This document shows, one piece after another, positions 26,600 through 38,578 of a stretch of 64,000 bases of DNA. The translations under genes were made by a program, and so were the position numbers. The DNA comes from Nymphaea colorata. Its lineage: Eukaryota. Under the pieces are notes generated by a model, which was not told the DNA's origin, made no database searches, and worked only from the letters and a program-made list of their open reading frames with translations. The DNA lies in assembly GCF_008831285.2 (NCBI RefSeq), contig NC_045138.2, forward strand, positions 42,904,001 through 42,968,000. Direction: 5' to 3'. Within the stretch, counting starts at the first letter, position 1, and each line of letters opens with the position of its first letter.

Positions 26600-29500
26600 A
26601 AAATGATGATCCCCAAACTATTCTCATTGATCTCACCAAATAGATAAACAGTGAGATAGAGAAAGATCATAAGATGGTTCAAATTGGTGCCAACCTCGAT
26701 ACTGAGGAAGAAGGAAAATTCATCAAATTCTTCAAAGAATACAAATCTGTTTTTGGTTGGAACTATGAGGACATGCCAGGGTTAGATCCAAAGCTAGTGA
26801 AACACAGGCTAATTTTGAAACCCAAAAGAAAGTTAGTAAATTAGAAATTGAGAAATCTAACCCCCATAATCGAGGATAAGGTCAAAGAAGGATTAGAAGA
26901 TCTCTTGAAAGCAAAATTTATCAGAACCATTGACTATCTAGAATAATTGGCAAACATTTTCATAATACCAAAGAAAAATGGGAAAGCCAGAATATGCATT
27001 AACTGTCGGGATCTGAACAAAGCCACTCCAATAAGATAATTAACCAATGCCAAATATCAATCTGTTGATAGATAGTATTGCAGGATATGAGATGTTCTCT
27101 TTCATGGATGGTCATTCAGGCTAAAACGGATCAAGTTAGCAATCAAAGATCAACCATAAAATTCATTCACAACCTTGTTGGATCCTTTTGTCATACAGTG
27201 ATGCCATTTAGACTAACAAATGTAGGAGCTACATACTAGAGAGCAATGGTTACAATTTTTCATGATTAGATGCATAAATTTATGGTTGCATGTATTGATA
27301 ACATCTTGCTCAAGTCAAGACTCGAACAAGCCATCTTGACATCCTCAAGCAAGTATTTAACATATTTATTCAGTACCAATTGAAGTTAAACCTGTAGAAA
27401 TGTGTATTCGGTGTTGAATAGGGAAAACTTCTTAGATATATAGTCAATAAAAAGGGATTGAAATAAATCCAACAAAAGCTAAGAGACATAATTGATATGT
27501 CCACTCCTAGAACTCTTAAGGAACTCAGAAGCTTGCGAGGCAGAATTCAAGCAATCAAAAGGTTCATCTTAAATTTGAGTGGAGCCCATAACGTCAGGAA
27601 TCTTTGATGCTATCAAATAGTACCTATTAGATCCATGTATCTTTCAACAACCAATATTGGGGAAACTACTTCTATTGTATATCTTTGTAACAGACTCAAC
27701 TTGTGGTGGATTTTTAACCCAATATGAAGAAGGGTGAAAAATCAAACATGTGATATACAATGTGAGCAAAACCTTCATGCAATATTAAAAGCGATACTCG
27801 CCAATGAAGAAGACCAGGCATTAACTCATAACATGTGAAATCAAGATGATCTCTCGATTGAATACCCTCAAATATATTCTAGAACAACCATTTCTTAGCA
27901 GTAGAATCACCAAATGGCATATGCTCCTCATGCAATATGTTCTAGAATACATCCCTCAAAAGTATATAAAAGGTCATGCAATAGCTGACCAACTAGACGA
28001 TTTTCTGTTCATAGAAGAGCTCAAAGCAGAAGACAACTTTCCTGATGAGCATATCTTACACATAGATTCTGCACCTGCATGGAACTTACTTTTTGATGGA
28101 TCTAAGAACATGACAGGCATAGAAATAAGAATTCTCCTACGCTCACTTGAAAAGGAAATGATATCATATTTCATAAGGCTAAATTTTGTATGCACACACA
28201 ACATGATAAAATATGAAGCTCCTATGCAAGGCCTTAAGATACTACTAGAATTTTATGTAAAAAAGGTTCACGCTTATGGAGATTCCCATCTCATTGTAAT
28301 CAAGCTAATGAAGAATGGAAAGTGAAGGATCCTAAACTCATGCCGTATCAAGAGATGACCAAAGCACTAGTCAAATAGTTTGATGAATTTCAACTCATCT
28401 ATATTATAAGGGAATTCAATCAATTTACAGATGGTTTAGTGAGCCTATGCTCCATCATTGCCATCAAGAAATTTGAATCATGTAGAGCCTTTGAGGTTGG
28501 AAGGCTGACCAAACTCGCCTATGAAATGATAGAACAAGTCAATCAAGTGCAGTCACAAGAAGCACCATGCTATCAAAACATAAGGAATTACTTGGAGACC
28601 AGATACTTCCCTCTAGATATGTACAAAAGAGAATAGCGAGCCATTTAAAGAAGGTCCAATCGATATTTCCTACTAGGCAGAATCATATAAAGGAGAGGCT
28701 TCAGTATAGAATATTCTAGATATTTAGATAAAAAATGAAGCACAAGAGATAATCAAAGAAGACCTCGTAGACTATCAGTACTAACTATTATTGCCCAATC
28801 ATGTAGCAAGATGATCACAAATACGTTAAGAATGTTTTAAATGTTCAATTCATGTAGCATCCATTCATGCACCAACTACATACTAACACTCAATAGTCTC
28901 ACCATGGCCTTTTTCAATGTGGGCATTTGACGTTGTAGGACTCATCAATCCTTTTGTGTCTAATGGTATTAAGTTTCTCTTTGCAGCCACAAAATAATTT
29001 ATCAAGTGGGCAAAAGTCATCACCCTTAGAGTAATAAAAGGAACAAATCTTGTGGCTTTCATACACAAGAACATCCTATGTAGATGTTGGTTGCCTCATG
29101 ATATTATTTCAGATAATGGGACACACTTCAAGAATTAATGCATATGAAATTTAAATTTAGAATCAAGCATTATTTTTCAGTGCCTTACTACCCACAAGGC
29201 AATGGCTATTTAGAAGCCTTAAACATGAAATTGATGAGAATTTTAGAACAAATGGTTAAGTCAAGCCAAGAGTAACATGAGAAGATTCATGATGCATTAT
29301 GGGCATACAAAACAACTGTCCGAACTCCCATCAATGCAATTCCTATAGAATTAGCATATGAAATATATGTAGTGTTTCCACTTCATGTGCAAAAGCTAAC
29401 AGTCAAATTTGCAGTAGTCACAGAATTGCCCACGGATCAGTATCAACATTAGAGAATGATGCAATCATACCTCCTCAAAGAAAAAAGATTAAAAGCTTTA

Positions 29501-29620
29501 AAGCATGCCCGAAGCTTATTTTCAAAGGGTAGCCAGGCATTATGCTAAGTTGGTCATCAAGAGAAAATTCGAAGTAAATGACCTGGTGTTCAAATCGACA
29601 TTACATGGAGGCACTTCATT
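26600..29620 (+). pseudogene. Ogre-type pol: RT, RNase H, archaeal-like RNase H (aRH), integrase
   Basis: VQIGANL..KEYKSVFGWNYEDMPGLDPKLVKHRL; FSFMDGHSG; LKYILEQPFLSSRITKW; aRH WNLLFDGSKN..KYEA..AYGDSHLI; INT SPWPFSMWAFDVVG, ISDNGTHF, PYYPQGNG, DALWAYKTT, KFEVNDLV. Confidence 0.95.
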
Positions 29621-30184
29621 TGAAAAAGTAATACACTTGATGAACTCATTTTCCTTTCATCAATAAAGATTACATTTTCTGATAGCCAAACTTATGTTGT
29701 CTCCTAAGGTCAATGGTTAGTCTTTCTTTCAGACGTAGAACTAGGGGCATCTTTTATTTCATGCATCAGTTCACATTATCCAATGGCTTGTAAATTTTAG
29801 AATGAATGTTTTCAATATCATTTTGAAAATAATTTTCAAAAGAAAACAACCTCCCAATTGTCTCAATTCTCTAAGCTTTTGCCCTACAAAGGGAAAAGGG
29901 TCTTTAGGTTTTCAAAGTCTTTTTAGCAAACATATGCCTTCAAATTCCAACCGTGCAAAGGACCTCACAAAGATTTTAAGAACTCGAAAGCAAATGCATT
30001 CAAAACTCTTTCTCCAAGTACTCCAGAGTTTTGACCTGTGAATCTTGAACAACAGTACATAGAAAATTTTGAAAACCCACAAATGTTGTGAGGAACTTTT
30101 CATGCCTAGGCACAACCTTTTTCTGCAAATCAGAATTTTCACAAGGCAGAGCTTGCGAGACCGTTGAACTATTCTCTATGACTA

Positions 30185-30503
30185 GGAAATCTCACATATG
30201 TACATCCATGTAGTGTCTAGGTGCACCAGATCCTCGTCTCACAGCTACATGCACCCCTACATAGTGTTTAGCTGCACCATACCTCATCTCACGCCTATAT
30301 GTACCTCATGTAGTGTCTAGGTACACCAAAGACTTGTCTCACATCTAGATGCATCTCATGTAGTGCCTAGGCACATTTGAGCCTCATCTCATGCCTAGAT
30401 GCACCTCTTTGTTGTATCTAGGAGAACTAGAGCCTCGTCTGATGCCTCAATGCACCCCATGTAGATATGCCCCATGTAATGTCTAGGTGGACAAGAGCCT
30501 CAG
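30185..30503. repeat. Tandem array of 50-51 bp unit (~6 copies)
   Basis: Unit ~TAGTGTCTAGGTGCACCAGAGCCTCGTCTCATGCCTAGATGCACCCCATG, the same unit as 35265-36985. Confidence 0.92.
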
Positions 30504-33500
30504 CGTTCGTATCCCACCCCATCATCGGGGGCATCAATGCGAATCAGCAAGAATTTCAAATTGAGTTTTAAGAAAAAAATTCAAGAGCAAGGGATCCACC
30601 CATCAGTACAGGGTCCAATCATTTCTGCCACCTTTAACATGGGTAATCAGACCAAGGACTAAGCATTTATCTAATCATGTACAAATCATTTAATGCAATC
30701 CTATATGCTTGTGCATAGAATGATGAAATTGGAATTGGAAATTCATTGTGAATTTGGTTTTGAACAAGTAGATTCTAAGCTAGTTTTAGGCAAATTAGAA
30801 TAGAATTGGACAAGTCGTTTGGAAAATTCACTTATTTTGACAAGTTGTTTGAATATTGAATTTGCCTTTAGGAATTTGCGCAAAATTGGAAAATCTCCAA
30901 GACGAAAGACCATTATTTTAGTCGAAAATGTTCCACTTGAATTTCAATTCAAAATTTGGCAAGAGTATCGAAAATTAATTTTGGTTGTGGTTTGACCCAA
31001 GATTTTGCTTGATTTTTTGAAAATTTGGATTGGAAAATTTGATATACAATTGGAAAGTAGGCATAAAAAATTGGACGTTTTGGTGATTGAGATCTAGTTT
31101 CTTGTTGTGAACTCAAGGTCATCTCAGGATTTTAAATTGAAATTGAGATATACTTGCAATCAAATTTTTAAGAAAAATGGCAAAGTTGAACTAGCAAATG
31201 GACCAAATTTTGGACAAAGTGTTAAACTTTCTTAGCAAATGAATGATTTTGAATTCTCTTTTTGCCAAATTATCTGATTAGGTTTAAGAGATATGATCTT
31301 AATTTTTAAATGAGTTCTAATTTTAGAGAAAAGTTGGGAACAAGTAAAACTCACTCCTTTGATGAAGGCTCTAAAATGCTAGAAAACATGTTGTTTTCAA
31401 AAGTATTTTACCAAATTAGGATATGATGCTATTTGTGTTTTCTTTTGGAACTAAGTGAGATTTTCAAGTTCTTATTACAATATGACTTAGTCATTTTTTG
31501 CAACTTAAAATAGGATCCCTTAATTTCTGAGAAGGTGCATGTGGTGCAATTGATTTTAGTGAATGTGAATGCATGACAGTAGAAAAATTATATAAGACAT
31601 TCATTCTTCTCTCTCATAATTTCGCAACATTCATTCAATATAAACATACAACATGTAACCCACACACACAAAAATTGATTTTTAATTGAAATGTGTAGGA
31701 CTTTCTCTACATACGCTTAACATTTTATTAAGCATAAGAGTTAGAGATGCAGTCCACAAGCTTGAAGCTTGAATTAAAATCTCAAAATAATGGAAAATCA
31801 TGTAAATGAAGTTGAAATTAATCTTCAAAATATATGGGAGACGTAGATGACATCAACTTTTGTCTCAAAATAGCCTTAAATAAGATTTTGTAGTAATTCA
31901 AATGGTTGGAAATCAGAAATCTTGATTCTAAGAAAGCTTGTTTCTTAGAGAATGATGACAAATCATTGAAAATTGCTTAACTTTTCATGAGCTAAACATC
32001 TTAATCAGCAAGAGGAATGCTTCTCTTGAGAGCATATTCCCATTAGTGTTAGATATACATGTTGGGTCATGACATGAATTTTTAGAAAACTTTCTTTTCT
32101 AAAATCAAATTAGATTTCAAACTTTACGTCATAAGGTTCAAAGTTCATCCATCCTTTGGACAATTTCAGCATGTTTGACATGCACTTTTGGAAGAAATGA
32201 AGATTGAAACTTAAATATGATTTTGGAGCATTTTGGGATGTTAATTAATCCCATGCAAGATCTAGAAATATATGAAATGAAACCAACGTCTCTTAATATA
32301 TTCTTAGGGTTTTGGTTTAGATGAGATTAGAACTTTTTCTAGTTCTATAGAAGATAGCCACTTTTTGGCTGAAAATTAACATTTTAAAAGCTTAAACATT
32401 ATTGGTTTAATCTAAATTTTATGAAAGCATGGTGTAATCTTACCAATATACATGCATTTTATGCATGTATTACTAAAATTGATAAAGTTTTGAGATGAAA
32501 TATTGGGTGATCTTTTAGTTTTGAACTACGTAGATCAAAATGAAGTTCTGTTTCTTTACAATCAGTTTGGAAACGTGCTCCAACCTAACTTTAAAAGAGA
32601 AAATTGATTTTGAATAAGAGGTTATACATGCATATGCATAACTTGCCTCTCAAAATGAGATATTTGACAAGAGGCTATTAGCTTATGAACCCTGATGCTT
32701 CATAGCTAGGTTCTTTTATGTAGGATGATTAGTTTTTGGTCTCCTCTAACACCCTTAATCGACTAAGTCAAGAATGCATGAATCAAAATGGCACAAAATA
32801 AAAGAAAACAAGAGATTACTCAAGCTTGTTTGTCTACGGTTTTTCCATGCAAGGGTGGGTCACATTCATGAGAATGTATCCGTTCCTAATAGGCATTTAA
32901 AATATATATATTGCAGCAAATGTAAAGCACTCTCTCACCATGAGATTCCCTCATCGTAGGGAGTTAAAAATAGTTTAGGATAGCTAGTTTGAAAGGGACG
33001 TCACCTTGGAGTCCTTTTCAAAACTTGATCTATGGATTCTCTTTTTAGAAAAACTGATTCATGCATGCATCATGCATTAAAGTGTATAGTTCTCCCTAGC
33101 TTGAGATCATTCCCAGCTATAAATAAGAATGAAAATAAAACCCTCCCACGGATATTGAACTTAAAGATAAATAGCAGAAAGAAAAAATAGATGGAGAGTA
33201 AGCTAGAATAACCTACCTTGTGGTTGGCCTTGGTGCTTGAGGCTTGTCCTTGCTTGTTCTTTAAATCAAGCAATCCCAAGCAAGAATCGAAGCTTGGATT
33301 TGAGCTTAGTAAAGCTAGAAGAAGAGAGTCTTCTTGCTGGAAATTGTAGAAATGAAGAGGGTTTTCCTTGTACTAGAAATCTTAAGCAAGAGTCCAATGA
33401 AGTACCCTAGCTTAGCAAATCTAGAAGCAAGGAATGGGTGGGGGGAGAGAGAGAGAGAGAGAGGGAGCTTGGATGATGGCAGTTTGTCCTCTTATTGACT

Positions 33501-34919
33501 TCTTCTTCTCTTCTTTTTCTTCCTCCTCTTGGTTGCGACTAAGGAGAAGAGAAAGTCAAGATAGAAGAAATATTCGCCCCCACCTTGGCTCCCAAGGTGG
33601 GTTTATATAGAGATGAAATTGAATGAGGAGGTGGTTGCACCTACCTCCTTAACTCCCCTTGGAACTTGCCTAGGGCTTGGGCAATTTGCCCCTATTTGAG
33701 CTGGTAGGATAGGATAGGTCCAGCTAGGTGCCAAGTTGGGATTAAGTTCATTTAAATGGGCTGAGGTGGCTGCCACCTCAGTAAGCCTCTAATTCAACCA
33801 ATGGCTAAGAGAAACTTGATTTCTCATTGGTCTAGTCCATGACACATGGATTGGTGATTTGGTAAGATGAATTAAATGAGCTTTTAATCCTCTTCAGATG
33901 ACTCCAATCAATCACATCTAGCCCACACACACGAGCTGGGTGTGCTTGGCTCGCTATGGTCAACCATTGCCCAAACCCAGTCAAGTCCTAGTTTGACCAA
34001 AAAATATGGACAGAGATACCCTTGACATGGGTTTTATTTTTTTTGCTCTTATTACTATTTTTTTAAAAATCAAGCTTGTTAGCTTCAAACCTAGTGACTA
34101 AGCTCTAAATATTATTGAATTGTGAATTTATTTTTGACAATTCAATTAAATTTAAAAAGACTTTGAAAATCCTATCTAATTTGATTTTAAAAGGTATTTT
34201 TGTCCATGTTTTAATTGAAGATGGATTTAACTGAATCAAATTTCGATTTGAAATATTGATTTTCAACTTGGTAATTGATTTCTGTATTTGATAAATTTAG
34301 ATGTGCATTTGATTTTCGTAGAATCCTAATTTAGGTTCTACGAATTCAATTTAATCATGGACCGGGCAAAGTTGTTCGAATTGGGTCAAATTTGACTAAA
34401 TGACCAAAGTCAAAGCTCATTTACTCGTGTTTGAGGTAATTTGATGAATTTGAGCTAAACAAGCACTTAATTGTGTTTCAATTGTGCTCAATTTGAATTG
34501 TACTTCAAGTAGGTTCAGTCAAAGTAGATTTGATCCAGTCAAGGTCTATATCTATCAAATAGCAAGATCGTGGGATATACCTAGTCCTTTGACTGGGTTA
34601 AGCTCATGTTGACTGAGCTCAATTTAATTTGAGGCCACATTTGTGTGCACCCAGGTCAAGCCTACTTGGTTTAAGTAGGTTAGGTGAAGCCATCATGGCC
34701 TCCTTGGAACTAAGCCCCTCTTCATAATTAGAGGGTTCCTTTTTAAATAATGGAGAGGAGAGATATATATAAATTTCTCTCTTTTCCCATCGACTTCAAT
34801 TATGATGTTATCTAGTTTCATTAAAAATGAGATATTCTTGAAAGAGAGAGGACAGGGGTGTGGCCTCTTGGGTGGCCTTTGCCCACACAACAAAGTGGGG
34901 CCAACATGTGGGTCTCACA
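30504..34919 (-). mobile_element. Inverted solo-like LTR (~4.4 kb) of a second Ogre/Tat family
   Basis: - strand starts TGTGAGACCC (34919), has CTATATAAA at ~33610 and CT-rich tracts, and ends ...GGGATACGAACG (30504), matching the LTR end before the PBS at 11711. No TSD. Confidence 0.7.
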
Positions 34920-35264
34920 CATCATTTTGGATCCTGAATTAGATGCAATTTTTGATTTTGATCAAGATTCGGATTTTGAATTCATATCTAGATTCCAAGT
35001 TGGACATGGATCCCAAATGACAATTGTAATTGGATTTTAATTTCAAAAACCTAATTTGGATCTAGTTTTTGAGTACTGGATTAGGATTTGGACTTGTAAT
35101 CCTTCCTTGGGATTTTTGCTACAAGTCAAATTCATGATTTGAACCTAAATTGTGTTTTGATACGAAATAGAAGTTTTCACAATTGTTTTGTGAAATTCTT
35201 TTGTAAGATTTTGAAATTGCATCCATCAACTGAGATGAAAAAACTTCACAATTGTTTTGACAAT

Positions 35265-36985
35265 TGCACCCCATGTATCGTCTAGGCGCACCAGAGCCAT
35301 GGCTCATGCCTAGATGAACCACTGTATAGCATATAAGCACACCAGAGCCTTGTCTTATGTCAAGATTTGTCCCTATGTCGTGTCCAGGTGCACCAATGCC
35401 TCATCTCATGCCTAGATGCACTCCATATGGTGTCTAGTCGCACTAGAAGCTGGTCACACTCTTAGATGCAGCACAATATAGTGTCTAGGCACACTAGAAC
35501 CTCAACTCATGCCTAGATGCACTCTCATGAAGTGTCTAATTACACCAGTGCCTCGTTACATGCCTTTGTGCACCATGTAGTATCTAGGGGCACCTAGTGC
35601 CTTATCTCATGCCAAGATGTGCCTCCATGTAGTGCCTAGGCACACCAGAGCCTCGCCTCATTCCTAGATGTGCCCTATTTTAGTGTCTAGGCACTTCAAA
35701 GCCTGGCCTCATGCCTAGATGCACTCCATGTAGTGTCTAGATGCACTTTAGCCTCGTCTCATCCCATTATACGCCCAATGTAGTGTCTAGGTGCACTACA
35801 ACCATGTCGCATGGTTATACATGCACCAAACCCTTGGTTAATGCCTAGATGTGCTCTCATATAATTTTAGGCACAAGATAGCCTCGTCTCATGCAGAGAT
35901 TGCTCCTTTGTAGTTTCAAGGCACACTAGAGCTTCATTTCATGTGTAGAAGCACCCAATGTAGCGCCTAGGCACTCCAGAGCCTTCCCTCATACCTAGAT
36001 GCACACCTTTATATTGTCTAGGTGCACCAGAGTCTCGTTTCCATGCCTGTCTAGCCAACTAGAGTCTTGTCTTAGTCCTAAATGTACCTCAACTAGTGTC
36101 TAGGCACACCAGGGCCTCGTCTCATGCCTAGATGCACCCCTATGTAGTGTCTAGATGCACCACAGCCTCATCTCACGCCTAGATTCTCCCTTGTCTAGTG
36201 TCTTAGAGTACTAGAGCCTTGTATCAAGCCTACAAGCATCCTCTTCTAGTGTCTAGCTGCGCCACAGCCTTGTCTCACACATAGATGCACTCTTACATAT
36301 AGTCTCACACTAGAGCCTCGTCTTATGCTTAGATGCTCCCTTTTGTAGTGTCTAGGTGCACCAGAGTCTCATCTAATGCCTAGATGCACCCCTTTATATT
36401 GTCTAGGCTCACTAGAGCCTCATCTCAAGCATAGATGCCCCTCTTTTTAGTGTCTAGGTGCACTAGAGCCCCAACTCATGCATAGATGTGCCCCTTGGTA
36501 GTGTCTAGGCACATTAGAGCCCCACCTCACGCCTAAATGACTCATGCCTAGAATTTGCGCTACTTTGTAGTATCTAAGCACATCAAAGCCTCTTCTGACA
36601 CCTAGATGTGCCCTATAGTATCGTCTAGGTGAATCGGTGCCTTGTCTCATGCCTAGATGCACTCCATGTAGTGTCTAGGTGCACCGGAGCCTTGTCTCAC
36701 ACGTAGGTGGGCTGTAGATAGTGTCTAGGCACACCAAAGCCTTGTCTCACGCTTAGATATATCTCGATGAATTTTGTAGTCACACCAAAGCCTTGTCCCA
36801 TGCCTAGATGGAACCCATGTAGTGACTAGGCACACTAGAGGCTTGTCTCACGCCTAGTTGTGCTCTTATGTAGTGTCTGAGTGCACATAAGCCGTGTTTC
36901 ATGCCTATATGCACCCCTTTGTAGTGTTTAGGTGCACTAGAGTGTTGTCTTACACCTATATATGCCCCTTTTTTATGCTTAAGCA
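35265..36985. repeat. Tandem array of 50-51 bp unit (~34 copies)
   Basis: TAGTGTCTAG recurs every 50-51 bp (e.g. 35731, 35781; 36094, 36145). Each unit contains TCTAGGCA...TGCCTAGA as an inverted pair. Confidence 0.96.
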
Positions 36986-38565
36986 CACACCGACACTCAA
37001 AAGTAAAACATGAGAATTTTGAAATTGAGTATCACAAAACTTATTTACGAATTCTGTTATTGCACAAAAAAGAAAAACAATCTCTAATCAATGTGTAAGG
37101 AGATTTAAAGAGTACAAGTCTCAACAAAATTGTAATATGAAGTAAGAAAATGAACTTAATGATTTTGAGAGAACTCAAATTCAAGAAATATTGTTGACTC
37201 AAATGATAAATAGGTACCATGGGAATCTAATGAAATTCATGTGAGAACAAGAATTTGAGTTAGTACGGGCCACTCAAGCAAAGACACTACAAAGTGAGTG
37301 TTGAGAGATGGGCTTACGACATGTGCAGCCATTCCTTTGGAATAGTACTTGAGAGTGCTAGGTTGGTGTAAAGCTTGATTTGTGTCTATTTTATGAAGTT
37401 ATGTGATCTATGAACTTTTATTTGGTCGTATCTTCTAAAGCCTTCTAAACTCAAGCATGTTTAAAAGATGTTTCACATCTCGTACCCTAGGATTGACTGA
37501 CCTGGGAGCTGTCGACCTAAAAACTCGTCACAAGGGTTCAGTAGAAAAACCAATAGACATGACATTACTTACGACAAAGCTATACATCATTAGCAAAGTG
37601 ATGAGTTGCCATAATAGCCTATGGGGTGGTGAGGTATTTCCCTCACATGGTGAAAGTTGGCCATAGCAAAAGCAATCAAAGAGTTGAAGAGCCAAATGAC
37701 AACAAATTTAAAAGAAAGAAAGCAAAAACAAAAAACAAAGGAAAAATAAAAATGAGTGCCTGCTTGAAATGCTGTAACTGTTCACAATCTGAAATTCTCC
37801 CGTGAACTACATGAATTTCCTTGTGGTTTGAAGGTTTTTAAATCAATAATTGCTCCTTTACATGATTATTCATGGAAATGAGAGTCTAACTTCCAAAAGT
37901 TCATAAAATGTAATGAAGGGAAGTATGTTTCAAGAACCTCAAAAGATTTTAATAGTGAGTTTTTCAGTCCTTTTGAAATGAGAAAAGATTAAAGCAAATT
38001 TTCAAAAGGATATAAATCTCATAATGAACATGATTTATTGAAAATGTTGGGTTTTGCATGAGCTTGTCCCTGTGATTCAGAACTTGTTTGTCATGAGCAC
38101 ATAAAGTCACAATGTTTACCCAGTTTACAAACTAGAGCATCTTTTTATCAGAATCATGTACTTTCATAATATTCACCCAGTTCCCCAACCAGGATATTTT
38201 TTTATGATATGAGCTTTGACAATGACTGCTTGGCTTTCAAACTCGAGTAATCTTTTATTACAATTCTTAGAGCAACAAATTTTCACAAATCTCAAATGAA
38301 GATATCTATGATTATCACAATGTTTGGAACAACAAATCTTCACAATTCTCAAACTTCAAATTCTTACAATGTTTGGAACAATGAACTTTCATTGTTCAGT
38401 ATTTATAGTGGGCATTTTATTTTTTTCAAAAAATAATTATCCTTAAAATATTTGCAAAATAGTTTTCAAAAACTGAGATCTTTTCCCAACACTGGGGCAT
38501 TTATTTTCAAAATTTGGTGTGTCTTGTCATTACCACTAACCCCAGCTTGACACCAGCTTAGTAGC

Positions 38566-38576
38566 AAGGAGGGGCA
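38566..38576 (+). promoter_or_regulatory. PPT of the Ogre-like element
   Basis: AAGGAGGGGCA, 2 nt before the LTR start T(A)TAGACACCC. Confidence 0.8.
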
Positions 38577-38578
38577 TT

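Noticed and set aside
35265..36985. CRISPR-like appearance (regularly spaced palindromic repeats)
   Set aside because: The intervening sequences are degenerate copies of one another, not unique spacers. There are no cas genes and the context is a plant retrotransposon.
36447..36986. ORFs with a 17-aa periodicity (HLGMRQG...RHY)
   Set aside because: They are a by-product of the 51 bp unit; 50 bp units and stops break the frame repeatedly.
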